A stretch of 64,000 nt of DNA from Methanotrichaceae archaeon (GTDB taxonomy: Archaea > Halobacteriota > Methanosarcinia > Methanotrichales > Methanotrichaceae). Where the stretch lies: positions 96,001 through 160,000 of the forward strand of contig CAVVKN010000009.1 in the NCBI GenBank assembly GCA_963748825.1, written 5' to 3'. The position numbers and the translations under genes were made by a program. Below, one piece after another: positions 30,358 to 40,570 of the stretch (position 1 is the first letter of the stretch; the number at the start of each line of letters is the position of its first letter). The notes beneath the pieces were generated by a model that worked only from the letters and a program-made list of their open reading frames with translations, did not search any database and was not told the DNA's origin.

Positions 30358-30585
30358 ATGGCAGAAGAGATTGCATACGGCCAGGGAATAGCGTCCGTGG
30401 TCGAGCCCAATATGCCTATGATCGATGCAATAGTAGAAGACGTCAGGTACAAGGGCCAGCTCCTGGCCAGAGAGACCAAGCTGAGCTCCGGCGTCCTGGC
30501 TACGGTATCCACAGGATTTGCCATTGGCTTTGTCCTTGCCATTTTGATGATGCTGGGGCCTTTCGCCTTCATGGGGGGAATGTAA
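30358..30585 (+). CDS. mtrF: Mtr subunit F
   Basis: VEDVRYKGQLLAR..KL.SG plus TM. Confidence 0.93.
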   Translation: MAEEIAYGQGIASVVEPNMPMIDAIVEDVRYKGQLLARETKLSSGVLATVSTGFAIGFVLAILMMLGPFAFMGGM

Positions 30586-30588
30586 ACT

Positions 30589-30834
30589 ATGGCAGAAGAC
30601 ATTAAGCCGGTAGTACCGGTTGCCGTGGTCGACCCTGATCAACTCAGAGATGTAATGGCGAAGCTGGACAAGATCGAGGAGAAGATAGAATTCTACTCCT
30701 CAGAGAAGTACATGAGAGCCGGCAAGTCCATCGGCAGAGATCTGGGCGCAGCCTATGGTGTCTGCGCTGGGTTGATCTTAATTTTGGCATACATACTATT
30801 CGTATACGCAGGCAATTGGAAAGCGGTGATTTGA
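30589..30834 (+). CDS. mtrG: Mtr subunit G
   Basis: KLDKIEEKIEF...GKSIGRDLG..YG. Confidence 0.93.
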   Translation: MAEDIKPVVPVAVVDPDQLRDVMAKLDKIEEKIEFYSSEKYMRAGKSIGRDLGAAYGVCAGLILILAYILFVYAGNWKAVI

Positions 30835-31770
30835 ATGTTCAGATTTGATAGGAAGCAGGAAGTCTTCGATTTCGGTAACTTCAAGATAGGGGGCCAGCCC
30901 GGCGAGTACGCCACATGCTGCATCGGCACCATGTTCTACGCCAGGCACAAGATCGTCTCCGATCCGGAGCACGGAGTATTTGATGCGGCAGCTGCCGAGA
31001 GGCTCTGGAATGCACAGGTTGAGATGAGCGACGTCACCGGCAACTCCTGTATGAACCAGATCGTCGCAGAGAGTGATGAGGCCATGAGGAAGGAGATCGA
31101 CTGGTTTGTAGGAGTATCCGATTATCCATTCCTCATCGATTCCTCTGCACCGTCGGTGCGCGCCTTCGGCGTCAAGTACGCTACAGAGATTGGCGTGGCC
31201 GACAGGGCTATCCACAACTCCATAAACGCATCCATCACCGATGAGGAGCTGAAGGCGGTCAAAGAGAGCAAGCTCAACTCAGCTATCGTGCTCGCCTTCA
31301 ACGCCATGGAGAAGGGAACCAAGGGCAAGATGGACATCTTGACCAAGGCTGCCGGCGGCGCTAAGAAGGGCATGCTGGAGTACGCCAAAGAGTGCGGCAT
31401 CACCAGGCCCCTCATCGACACCGCGGCCATGCCGCTGGGAGCCGGTTCCGGCGCAACCTATCGCGCCGTCATTGCCGTCAAGGCCCAGCTCGGCCTGCCG
31501 GTAGGCGCGGGATTCCATAACGGTGCCTCTGCCTGGGACTGGATGAAGAAGTGGAAGAAGCAGCACAAGGAGGCTTTCTCCCCTGTCGATATCGGCTCTA
31601 ACCTGGTAGCCGGAATCGTAGGTGCTGACTACTACCTCTACGGGCCCATAGAAAACGCTCCCATGATATTCCCCGCAGCAGCCATGGTGGATATCATGAA
31701 GGCAGAGTCCGCAGAAGAGCTGGGATTGGAAGTTCTGGCTGAGAAGCATCCCCGGAAGACGACGCTTTAG
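30835..31770 (+). CDS. mtrH: Mtr subunit H (methyltransferase)
   Basis: MFRFD, GGQPGE, PFLIDS, NSINAS, YGPIEN. Confidence 0.97.
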   Translation: MFRFDRKQEVFDFGNFKIGGQPGEYATCCIGTMFYARHKIVSDPEHGVFDAAAAERLWNAQVEMSDVTGNSCMNQIVAESDEAMRKEIDWFVGVSDYPFLIDSSAPSVRAFGVKYATEIGVADRAIHNSINASITDEELKAVKESKLNSAIVLAFNAMEKGTKGKMDILTKAAGGAKKGMLEYAKECGITRPLIDTAAMPLGAGSGATYRAVIAVKAQLGLPVGAGFHNGASAWDWMKKWKKQHKEAFSPVDIGSNLVAGIVGADYYLYGPIENAPMIFPAAAMVDIMKAESAEELGLEVLAEKHPRKTTL

Positions 31771-31797
31771 GTCGCCTTCTCTTTTTCTTTCTTTTTT
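31771..31797 (+). terminator. Oligo-T archaeal terminator after mtrH
   Basis: CTTCTCTTTTTCTTTCTTTTTT directly after the stop. Confidence 0.55.
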
Positions 31798-31811
31798 GGG
31801 GGAGGATTTTT

Positions 31812-32435
31812 TTGCCCCGCGTTTTAGTAAAAGCTGTTTTTGAAGACATCAAGTTTCAATGCCAGAGATGCGGCTCTTGCTGCCATCACAAGAGACCCCT
31901 TGATTTTGATGATCTCGTTCCCATGGAACAAATGAAGGAGTTCTGGGAGAAATCCAATCTGATCTACCTCACAGAAAAAGATGTCACCGCCATATCCAAA
32001 AAGACGGGCAAAAAGCCGAACGATATCGTTGATACTCTTTATGCCTATGACGGATGCTATGTCAAAGTTAAAGATAATGGCCGCCAGGTAATCCTGGACC
32101 TGCCGGTTATGAAGAGCAAGGAGGATACTACCTGCATCTTCTACAAGGAAGGCTGCACCATCTATTCTGTGCGACCTATTGCTTGCCGGCTCTTTCCCTT
32201 TCGGGTGGAAGAAGAGACAACACCCCGCGGAGACATTCTGCTCAATATCAGCTACAATCCCACCTGCCCGGGCATGGGAAAGGGAAAAAGAGTGGATAAA
32301 AGGAAGCTGGAGAAGCTGGTGGTAGATCAGTTCCTGCAAAGGACAGAGGACATAACGCCCCATGTCCAGAGGCTGAAGGCTTCCGGGGCGATATCTGAAA
32401 AGGCCAAGATATTCAGAACTCTGCCGGGAAGATGA
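31812..32435 (+). CDS. YkgJ-family CxxCxxCC cysteine-cluster protein
   Basis: CQRCGSCC, CIFY...CTIY..RP..CR.FPF, CPG. Confidence 0.88.
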   Translation: MPRVLVKAVFEDIKFQCQRCGSCCHHKRPLDFDDLVPMEQMKEFWEKSNLIYLTEKDVTAISKKTGKKPNDIVDTLYAYDGCYVKVKDNGRQVILDLPVMKSKEDTTCIFYKEGCTIYSVRPIACRLFPFRVEEETTPRGDILLNISYNPTCPGMGKGKRVDKRKLEKLVVDQFLQRTEDITPHVQRLKASGAISEKAKIFRTLPGR

Positions 32436-32542
32436 GCCAATAGATCTTCATTACTATAGTATGTGAACTTCCTCACCAATAAGTACTTGCCATGTACATG
32501 TCGGCGGTTCATGCCTTTTCACACCCAGGCCTCCGATCGATA

Positions 32543-33361
32543 TCACTTCTTACGATCCTCATTTAAAGCCTCGGATATGGACCTGACCTCGGAGATCACT
32601 GCCTTATTTTCATCTCTCAGGGCCTGGATCTCGGCTCTGAGATCATCTATGGTCTTTTTATTCAATACAGCCGTCTCATCGCTCTCGGCATCCCTGCCAA
32701 TAAAATAACTGGCTAAGGCGGCAGTCACATAACCTGTTATTGCGAGGGAGAAGAGCCCCAGCAGGAACGCCAGGACCCTGCCCTCTGGACTATACGGCCT
32801 GTAATCAGTGCTAATAGTTATCCCTATTACTGTGTACCACAGGGCGGCCCCCAAGCTATTTATATCCGGGTTGATGCCTCTCTCGAAGGCGTACATGCCG
32901 GACGAGCCGGCCAGAGCCACTATCGAGGCTAAAGCCACTATGTAGCCAAAGCCCCTGCGGCCCATGGTAAATCTGAGCGATCTCATTGATCTGTTGATGG
33001 TGCCCACTATCCTGGTCAAAGCCAGCCCTCGGGCGAACCGAAGGATACGTAGAGCTTTAAAAACCCTGATCGCAGGAACTATCAGAGCTATGATCGTTAG
33101 CCAGTTAGCTTTCAGGAAAGCGATTCTTTTCGGAGCCAGTAGGAGCTCGATGAGGAAATCAGCTATGAAGATGATCCAGACGGTGCCCAGAAGGGGCTCT
33201 AGAGCAGGAGTCAGTCCCCAAACCAGATCTGCTACCAGAAGGGCAAGCCATGCGAATCCCAGTATTGCCATAGGGAGATTTAGGAACTCCTCCAGTTGCT
33301 GAAGCAATTCATAGCGATTTCGGTTGAATTCCTCCTGCTGCTTTGCACTGAGATCCTTCAA
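32543..33361 (-). CDS. 6-TM ion channel/transporter (Kv-like fold) with atypical filter
   Basis: S4-like IRVFKALRILRFAR; pore region ALWYTVIGITISTDYRPYSPEGR; C-terminal coiled coil. Confidence 0.8.
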   Translation of the reverse strand: MKDLSAKQQEEFNRNRYELLQQLEEFLNLPMAILGFAWLALLVADLVWGLTPALEPLLGTVWIIFIADFLIELLLAPKRIAFLKANWLTIIALIVPAIRVFKALRILRFARGLALTRIVGTINRSMRSLRFTMGRRGFGYIVALASIVALAGSSGMYAFERGINPDINSLGAALWYTVIGITISTDYRPYSPEGRVLAFLLGLFSLAITGYVTAALASYFIGRDAESDETAVLNKKTIDDLRAEIQALRDENKAVISEVRSISEALNEDRKK

Positions 33362-33503
33362 TCAACACACCTCGATGTGGTATATGATAATAATCTTATT
33401 TCCTTTTTTGAGCTTGCGATCTGAAAAACCTTTCAAAAGGCTTGCCATGCCTTCCTGGCGGATCATAGTTTAAGTATTTTAAGGTCTCCAAAGGATATTA
33501 TTA

Positions 33504-34291
33504 TTAGTATGCCAATAATAATGCCCAGCCCACAATAGTTAGCACAGTACCCAAAGCCAGCGAATAGTAGCCTGCCCCTAGCAGCAATCCAAAAACGACT
33601 AAGGGCAGCATGAGAGCAACCGCCACTGCGACACCGATAAGGACGGCAGGAATGGCTGAGGTAAAGGATAAAGCTCCTGCTGCGCCGGAAGCCAATTCCA
33701 GGACGACGTCCATTAGCCCTAAACTGGTTCGGGATGATATCTCCTGCAAAGAAGGATCTACCGGTAGTAAGAAGCCAAGGGTAACAGATAGAACTATGGC
33801 AATCGAAATGCCCAAAAAGATGGTTTTAAGGGGGCTCTTAGCCACCGGCAGATCTCCAAAAGCTGTCGCCAAAGATAGGGAAACATTGGGGGGTTAGCAT
33901 AGGAGCTATAACCATAGCCCCAATTATCACCGCCACGCTATTATTCAGGACTCCAATTGCTGCAACAATTGAAGAGAGGATTATCATAAAAGAATAAAAA
34001 TTCGTAATCTTGGCTCCCTTCTCTAACTCATCATACTGAGAACGCTTCCTCCATCAGGTCGAGCAGGTTTTGGCTTCCCTCTGCCAGCACCAGCATCCTG
34101 ATAAGAATTTTATCGGTCGAAAAGCGGGTCTTCCAGTCACCCTGTACCGGAATCCTCCAGAAGCCTACCGCCGGCTGAATTGTTAATTGTTAAATCGCTA
34201 AATCGAGCACTTCTTTTCTACCGCTTATTAACTCTTCCACTGCGTGTTGCTTATTTTTTGGGAGATTAATCTCTATCAGACGAAGTGTCAT
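33504..34291 (-). pseudogene. TIGR00341/DUF389 membrane protein, frameshifted
   Basis: Start MTLRLIEINLP at 34291; pieces SSIVAAIGVLNNSVAVIIGAMVIAP and LIGVAVAVAL lie in different frames. Confidence 0.75.
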
Positions 34292-34381
34292 GATTTTATC
34301 CTTTAACAAATATTTGATGTCATTTTACTTCAACATTGCCATGTCTTGAACTACTGCTATGAAAGGGGAAGAAAACTTGAG

Positions 34382-34650
34382 CTAACAGCCACATGAACCA
34401 TTATTACCTTGCGTCTCTTGTGGCCATTGTAGTTTGCGACTCGCCATCTTTTTAGAATCGATGAGGTTGCTATCGACAGCTATGGTTTCCATGCTGAATT
34501 TACCGGACGCATAACCCTCTGGAGTGCGGAAAGGACTTGCCCCAAATACCCCTTTTCTTCTAACGATAGACTGCGATGAAAGATGCGACTTGATAAATTC
34601 CCATTGCTCATCGCTTAATTCAGCAAATCTCATTACTACCCCTTCGAATA
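34382..34650 (-). mobile_element. IS5-family transposase remnant, internally deleted
   Basis: MRFAELSDEQWEFIKSHL (DUF4096-type N-terminus) and IAVDSNLIDSKK first-Asp motif. Confidence 0.7.
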
Positions 34651-35208
34651 GTAATAAGAAGGAGTTATTTTGAGATGAGTTCCCTGGCAATAGCTCCCAG
34701 TTGAAGGCTGCGAGGTATTCGAGTAAAGAAAATAGATTCTTTTGAATTAATAAATTAAAAAATTGTATATTATTTATTAAATTCTAATTCCTATAGTACC
34801 ATGACCCGATGGGAGGAGAGGCGCGCCTATTCAGAGCCCAAGGCACAGATAGACGAAATCCTATGCAAGATGTCCAGTCAGAGCTGCAACCATGAACACT
34901 ACTGCAGATACAAGGACGGTGTAAAAGCCGGCATCCTCTGATGTGATCGATCCTGCAACTTGGATATCGTTTCCCTCTAAGGGCGGAGCGTTATGTATGA
35001 AGGCAGACATATTCATTTCCTGTACGTCAGAATCCCTCCCTATTTCTTGAAGGCCCGTCGTACAAATACCAAAGTAAGCATTCCATTTATTTATACCTTT
35101 CGAGAAATGGTTAAATTATCTGCATTGAATTTGAGTTATTGAACCAATATGCCCAGATATTTTCCATTTTAAGGTAAATGATCATTTAGTAATTTGGCAA
35201 TTTCGTTG

Positions 35209-35251
35209 AATACCTTTTTTACCATTTTCATTAAATACCTTTTTTACCATT
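35209..35251. repeat. Two perfect 18-bp direct repeats AATACCTTTTTTACCATT
   Basis: Copies at 35209-35226 and 35234-35251. Confidence 0.85.
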
Positions 35252-35369
35252 GAAAGAAAAAGATGACATGGATCTCTCCATAACGAATCATGCAGCAAAA
35301 AGTTTATCATGGTCGGGCTCCAAAGAACTTTTGGCTTAATCTGCCCAAATTCCAGGGAGGTGAAAAGAG

Positions 35370-35477
35370 ATGGATATCATGTCTCAGATATATGCTTTAG
35401 TTATATTTGGCATTCTTGTTGTAGCCCTGCCCATGTTCCTGAACAAGTGGTCGGATAGCAGGTCAGGCGTAAGATAG
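35370..35477 (+). CDS. Putative 35-aa single-TM micro-protein MDIMSQIYALVIFGILVVALPMFLNKWSDSRSGVR
   Basis: Strong GGAGGTGA RBS 6 nt before the ATG; hydrophobic core plus polar/basic tail; T-run and hairpin downstream. Confidence 0.65.
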   Translation: MDIMSQIYALVIFGILVVALPMFLNKWSDSRSGVR

Positions 35478-35489
35478 ATCATAGTAAGT

Positions 35490-35521
35490 TTCCTTTTTTC
35501 GGTCCTGGCTGAAGCCAGGAC
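35490..35521 (+). terminator. T-run plus hairpin GTCCTGGCT-GA-AGCCAGGAC
   Basis: Perfect 9-bp stem at 35502-35521 preceded by TTCCTTTTTT. Confidence 0.5.
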
Positions 35522-35735
35522 TATAATATCATTAATTTGTATTTTCTTATTGTAATGAGGATACTTTGCTTACCTCTTCATTTAGCTGCCTTGTGGCCTT
35601 GCCTTTTTGCCTTAAAAATATTCGGCCCAGTCTTCAGCTCTCGTACCTCTTCGGAGCAATTCCGAATTTCCGCTCTTCCATAGTCTTTTATACTGACGAA
35701 GGAAGACCAAAAGATAAAAAAGGCCCGGCGAGCAA

Positions 35736-36185
35736 ATGCCCAGCGTCAAATATACCAGAATAGAAATAACCCAAGAAGCATACTTGGCTTTAGAGGCAGA
35801 AGCCATTCTCCAAGGGAAGACCTTGAAGAAACTGGCGTCAGAAATGATATTGAAAGGGGCTTCTAAGAAGGCTCTAAATTTTGTCCAGGAATCTAACGTT
35901 TCAATAGAAGCCGACTTGAATTTTAGCAGAGATAAACTATCCAGAGTGATAAACGATATCGGAACAACAAAGATAAGCATCGACGAGAGCGTTATGGAGA
36001 ACGTCCAGAAGAGCCTGGTTGATGAAGGTTATCAAGGAGCAATGTTATATGTGGCTCAACATACAGCATCAATGCAACGCGATGAACTCTTTCGGATATT
36101 GACAACCTGTCAGCTCAATAAAGTGCCTTCGGCGATGGCTGTGGAGATCATTAAGAGTCTGAAGAGAATGCAGGACGGAAAATAG
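35736..36185 (+). CDS. Hypothetical protein with ribbon-helix-helix-like N-terminus
   Basis: YTRIEITQEAYLALEAEAILQGKTLKKLASEMI fits the strand-helix-G-helix RHH pattern. Confidence 0.7.
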   Translation: MPSVKYTRIEITQEAYLALEAEAILQGKTLKKLASEMILKGASKKALNFVQESNVSIEADLNFSRDKLSRVINDIGTTKISIDESVMENVQKSLVDEGYQGAMLYVAQHTASMQRDELFRILTTCQLNKVPSAMAVEIIKSLKRMQDGK

Positions 36186-36265
36186 ACATCATCAAGTGAA
36201 TCCTGAAAATAATAATATGCACGCAGGATATGTTGTGATTTGACTTTTTGGCTTCGAGACGTCTC

Positions 36266-36520
36266 TCATCTCATTTTGCATTTCTTATTGTAATGCGGGC
36301 ATTTGGTATTGGTGCAGACGTTCTCCTTCGCAGCCTCCGTAAGCACCATCTGCATCATATCAAGTCGGTCGATCAACGAAGCATTTGCAGATGCAGCTTC
36401 CGCCTCTGAAAGAGCTTTTGAAACTTTTTGTAGCATATTATGAGCTAGCATTTTTTCTTTGCGAGAAAGCGCAAACTCAGCCTCAAGCTTTGCAAGATCC
36501 ACTTCATTCACAAGCCCCAT
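36266..36520 (-). CDS. Small hypothetical protein with C-terminal Cys/His motif
   Basis: CTNTKCPHYNKKC; last gene of the sepF-cofD-marker12 run. Confidence 0.75.
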   Translation of the reverse strand: MGLVNEVDLAKLEAEFALSRKEKMLAHNMLQKVSKALSEAEAASANASLIDRLDMMQMVLTEAAKENVCTNTKCPHYNKKCKMR

Positions 36521-36546
36521 AAGCACTCCCTTTTCGAAAACCCAAT

Positions 36547-37482
36547 TTACATGTCCACTTCCAGTCCCAGAATGCTCTTTGAGCCGCTAAATACGTCTTT
36601 GGCGATCCAGGCGCAGCCCTGTGCTGCCGCGCATCCGTCCAGAGGCTGTACCTCCCGGCCCAGGAGCTCGGATACGCGCCTGCACAGCTTTGCGGCGGGG
36701 CTTCCCGCCAGGAATATATCGGGATTTGGCTCGCCCCGGTCGCGACAGAGGACGAGGAGGGCATTGATCTCCATGGCCGCGAATAATGACAGCGATTCGA
36801 GGGCCAGACTCTTCTCCTCCGGCAGGCATTCCTCCAGGCTTGATCTTCCCATTTTGGAGAGAATGCCGCTGCAATTAAAGGCCTGGTTCGCCGTCATCTT
36901 CCCGGAGTCGACATCTCTTATGGCCTGCACGTCTAGGGGACCCTGCATCAACCCGGGGGCAAAGATGGGCGCATCAATGGCCCCGATGATCTTTCCCTGC
37001 AGCACGGCAAATGTTACGGTGTTGGAGCTGGCATCGCACACAATGAAGCTTTGGCTTTTGCCCCTAAAGACACCATAGGCCAGTCCCACCTTTTCCGGGC
37101 TCATGCCATGGGAGAATACCTTCAGCCTGGGATCGATATCGCTGCCGCGATGAATGCCGGGCAGAAGAATGGACGGCCAGCCCGAGGCTTGGATGGCCTC
37201 AAAGACACGGGTACCGCCGCCCACATGCAGCCCCGCTCCATCCTGCTGGACCAGGCCGCGATTAGGTGCATCTTCCAGCCCCACAATCCGGGTTAAGCCG
37301 TCGCCCATGGAGTAGCTGAGGGCTACCAGGTCGACGATGCCTTGGCCCAAATTCTGAGCAATCCGCAGGACTATCTCTTCGGCAGAAAGATGGCTGGCCT
37401 CTTGCCTGGCAAGGTTCCAGCAGCGCCCCTCCGGGGTGGCAAATCTTATGGCAGTGGTTCCGTGGTCTACTCCTATGAACAT
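36547..37482 (-). CDS. Methanogenesis marker protein 12 (UPF0285)
   Basis: FIGVDHGTTAIRF, YSMGD, GGGTRVF, D.SSNTV, GAIDA..GPLD. Confidence 0.88.
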   Translation of the reverse strand: MFIGVDHGTTAIRFATPEGRCWNLARQEASHLSAEEIVLRIAQNLGQGIVDLVALSYSMGDGLTRIVGLEDAPNRGLVQQDGAGLHVGGGTRVFEAIQASGWPSILLPGIHRGSDIDPRLKVFSHGMSPEKVGLAYGVFRGKSQSFIVCDASSNTVTFAVLQGKIIGAIDAPIFAPGLMQGPLDVQAIRDVDSGKMTANQAFNCSGILSKMGRSSLEECLPEEKSLALESLSLFAAMEINALLVLCRDRGEPNPDIFLAGSPAAKLCRRVSELLGREVQPLDGCAAAQGCAWIAKDVFSGSKSILGLEVDM

Positions 37483-38366
37483 GAGATAAGCTCCAGAAGC
37501 TCTTTTGCCACCTTACGGCTCTCTCTTCTCGTCCTCATGAGCGTGCTCATGCGCCGGCACTCTCCCTGGTAGCTGCTCTTTTTGTCCACTATGAAGAGGT
37601 CCACCTTACCAAGCATTGATCGCACGCCTTCATCGCTGGCGGGAACGCCCGAGGCCACCATGAATTTGGCAGCAGGGCCGCTCACCGGCTTATTCCCGAT
37701 GAATGGACTCATGGCCACCACCTTTTTTCCCTGCAGCCGCTCGCGCACGCCCTGCAGAGCCAAAATAGGGCCGATACTGGTGACAGGATTGCTGGGACCG
37801 ATGAGAATAGTGTCTTCCTTTTCCAGCAGATCCAAGAAAGCCTGGCAGGGAAGGGCGGCATCCAGACCCGCAAAAAAGAGGTCGCGAACCTCCGGCAATC
37901 CCTGGCGCCCTACCCAGAATTCCTGAAAGTGCATCACTCCTTCCGGAGTAGAAACGACTGTAGAAACAATGTCATCCGTCATGGGAACGACCCGCTGCTC
38001 CACCCCCAGCGATTCGGCCAGAGCTTGCGACGCATGGCTGAGTTTGACGCCCCGGCGAAGCAGCTCGGAGCGAAAGATATGGACAGCTCGATCCTTGTCC
38101 CCTACCTGTAGCTTCTCTTGAATGCCCATCGCGATCAGAAAGTCGTGGGTCAGAGTCTTGTCGCCCTTTATGCCCCACATTCTCTTCTCGTCGATCATAT
38201 CTGCCAGGGTGTAAAGTACAGAATCGATATCGGGAGATATATAGTTCCCGGAGATCCACAGGTCCTCCGCCGTGTTTACTACTACGGAGAGCTCCTCTGG
38301 CCTCAAAAGCTCCTTTAGGCCCAGAAGAAGCTTGGGCGTGCCCGTGCCACCGCTTAAGACCAGCAT
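37473..38366 (-). CDS. cofD: 2-phospho-L-lactate transferase
   Basis: LSGGTGTPKLL, PD.DSVLY, HFQEFWV, GPSNP.TSI, SGPAAK. Confidence 0.96.
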   Translation of the reverse strand: MLVLSGGTGTPKLLLGLKELLRPEELSVVVNTAEDLWISGNYISPDIDSVLYTLADMIDEKRMWGIKGDKTLTHDFLIAMGIQEKLQVGDKDRAVHIFRSELLRRGVKLSHASQALAESLGVEQRVVPMTDDIVSTVVSTPEGVMHFQEFWVGRQGLPEVRDLFFAGLDAALPCQAFLDLLEKEDTILIGPSNPVTSIGPILALQGVRERLQGKKVVAMSPFIGNKPVSGPAAKFMVASGVPASDEGVRSMLGKVDLFIVDKKSSYQGECRRMSTLMRTRRESRKVAKELLELISCS

Positions 38367-38382
38367 CTTAAGACCAGCATTT

Positions 38383-38952
38383 TCAGACGTCCACGATAAT
38401 CATGCCCGTTTTGAGATGAGCCGCATCTTCATCCGGAAGAGTTGATTTTACGGCTTTTTCATAGTCAATTGCGCTGTTGCCCAGGGGATCCTCGAGAATG
38501 ATAGTCAGAGGAAACTGGCCGACTCTGGCATGGTTGATCTTCTCTAGGATCTCTTCGCCCTTCCTGATGCTTTCCGGGCTTTGTGCCTCTCGCGCCGAGC
38601 GCGTGGCAAAGCCCACCACGCCCTCGATCCTTTCAAGGACACCTTCCACATTGGATATATACGACTCCGAGGCAAATCCCGGCTCGATGTCCACGCCAAG
38701 CTCCGGGATGCGCAGGGTGCCGCTTGAAGAACGAATCACTCTTGCGTCCAGATCTTCAATGCTCGTCACCTGCAGAGTGAAGCGCACCGGCTCTTTTTGC
38801 GTTAAGAGAATGGTATCGCTGTGCCTAAAGCCGCAGTCACAAATCCCGGCAATGACCATGGCCTCTCCGAAATGGGGTATGTCTACTGTCTCCCAGCAAA
38901 AATCCATCTGGACTGAGCATACGGGACAGGGCGCGTTTGTAGTTAGATTCAA
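38383..38952 (-). CDS. ZPR1 zinc-finger protein
   Basis: CPVC, IPHFGE, IPELG..IEPG, SNVEG, DPLGNS. Confidence 0.93.
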   Translation of the reverse strand: MNLTTNAPCPVCSVQMDFCWETVDIPHFGEAMVIAGICDCGFRHSDTILLTQKEPVRFTLQVTSIEDLDARVIRSSSGTLRIPELGVDIEPGFASESYISNVEGVLERIEGVVGFATRSAREAQSPESIRKGEEILEKINHARVGQFPLTIILEDPLGNSAIDYEKAVKSTLPDEDAAHLKTGMIIVDV

Positions 38953-39314
38953 TCTTTGCTCCCGACAACCTTCTCACGGTCAATCTTTATGCCATTGGGC
39001 ACTAAAACTATGAGATCATCGCCAATTCCAGCTATATCTCCGGAGACATCTTCGACTGCCTTTTTCAGTTCACCAATGGCCCTGTCTAAAGCAGCTTTAT
39101 CCCGCTTCAGCCCAGCGATATCCACCAGGACAATATTGCCGGCATAAATCTCCTGCTTAATCTCGGGCAGAACCTCTACCCGTCCCAGCTCCGCTACCCT
39201 TAAGATTATCTCCGGGGAGCCGCTCCCTTGCTCAAACTGACCCAGATCAACCTCAGAGTAATCCTGCGCCTTAGACTTTCCTATGAGCTTGAGCTTTTCC
39301 ATAAATCCAGCCAT
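38949..39314 (-). CDS. sepF: Cell division protein SepF
   Basis: GNIVLVD, GDIAG, P.GIKIDR. Confidence 0.88.
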   Translation of the reverse strand: MAGFMEKLKLIGKSKAQDYSEVDLGQFEQGSGSPEIILRVAELGRVEVLPEIKQEIYAGNIVLVDIAGLKRDKAALDRAIGELKKAVEDVSGDIAGIGDDLIVLVPNGIKIDREKVVGSKD

Positions 39315-39365
39315 CTAAAAACCCCGCTAAGGAAATGTGTATTATTATATTTATATTTAACGCTG

Positions 39366-39560
39366 TTACATATCCACGAGTTTTAATCCTACAAAGCCCA
39401 TAGCCACCATGAAGAGCAGGACGATCAGAGCAAAGCTCGAAGATCTCAACTCTGCGGGAAGGGCTATTTGTGCCCCTAAAATAAGCACAATCATCAGAAA
39501 TACGAGGCCGGTACTCAAGCCAATCTCAAGCCAATTCTTCTTCACAAGTGTACTGTCCAC
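39366..39560 (-). CDS. Small two-TM membrane protein
   Basis: Two hydrophobic helices; co-oriented between cofG and sepF. Confidence 0.7.
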   Translation of the reverse strand: MDSTLVKKNWLEIGLSTGLVFLMIVLILGAQIALPAELRSSSFALIVLLFMVAMGFVGLKLVDM

Positions 39561-39566
39561 CTCGCC

Positions 39567-40556
39567 TTAGAAGATATACTTTTTCGCCCGAAGGCCGTCC
39601 TCGCCTACCAGGGAACAGACCAGCGACCGGGTTTTGCTGCCATACCAGCCCATAGCAATAAAACGGGGATAAACGGGCAACCTCTCTCTCAGGCTATAAT
39701 CAGATAGGCTCTTATGAAGGTCCACTTCATCCGGCCAGGGCCGATCAGGATTTATGCCGTCCACAGTGATAGCGCTGATTCCCCCCAGATCGGTTGCACC
39801 GGCTCTGAGCAAAGGACGCGGGTCCACCAGGTTGGGAGGAACCTGGATGGCCACCTCAGGCGGAAGGATCTCGCGCGCCGCTTCTACCGTCCGGCAGAGA
39901 TCCATTATCGTTGGCCGGGGTGCATTCTCAAGAGCTGTTCCTGATTTAGGATCCAGCGGCTGGATGATGACCTCCTGAATATGACCGAAGACGCTATGCA
40001 GATGGGCAATCTTGCTGAGCGCTTCTACCCGGTCCTGCCAGCTTTCACCTATGCCAACCATTATGCCTGTGGTGAAAGGAATACGAAGTCTTCCGGCCAT
40101 GGCCATGTACTGCAACCTTAAATCCGGCCTCTTTCCCGGCGACTTTGCATGCGCATCCAGCTGGGCAGTCGTCTCCAGCATCAGTCCCATGGAAGCGTTA
40201 TACGGCTGCAAGCGCTGCAGATCTTCTTGCCCCAGCAGGCCGGCATTAGTATGGGGCAGCAGTCCAAACTCAAGGGCAAGCTCGCATAGCTCCACTAAAT
40301 AGTCCAATAAATCCGCGACGCCAGCATTGGCCAGGATGCCATCAAAGCCCGAGACGGTCCAGGGGCTCTCTCCCATAGTAAAAAGCGCCTCGCTGCAGCC
40401 CGCGTTAAAGCCCTGTTCCAGCAGCAAAAGCGCTCTGGATCTGGAAATCAAATGGGCGTCTTTCAGTTCCTTTCGAAAAGAGCAGTAGCCGCAGCGATTC
40501 CTACAGAGGTCCGTCACTGGAAGAAAAATATTTTTGGAGTAGGTGAGAGTTTTCAT
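39567..40556 (-). CDS. cofG: FO synthase subunit CofG (radical SAM)
   Basis: [43 protein letters not shown]; start re-set to ATG 40556. Confidence 0.95.
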   Translation of the reverse strand: MKTLTYSKNIFLPVTDLCRNRCGYCSFRKELKDAHLISRSRALLLLEQGFNAGCSEALFTMGESPWTVSGFDGILANAGVADLLDYLVELCELALEFGLLPHTNAGLLGQEDLQRLQPYNASMGLMLETTAQLDAHAKSPGKRPDLRLQYMAMAGRLRIPFTTGIMVGIGESWQDRVEALSKIAHLHSVFGHIQEVIIQPLDPKSGTALENAPRPTIMDLCRTVEAAREILPPEVAIQVPPNLVDPRPLLRAGATDLGGISAITVDGINPDRPWPDEVDLHKSLSDYSLRERLPVYPRFIAMGWYGSKTRSLVCSLVGEDGLRAKKYIF

Positions 40557-40570
40557 CTTAGATTCTTTAT

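Noticed and set aside
34801-34941. 46-codon ORF MTRWEERRAYSEPK...
   Set aside because: No RBS and no recognisable motif; lies beside an IS remnant, so coding status cannot be supported
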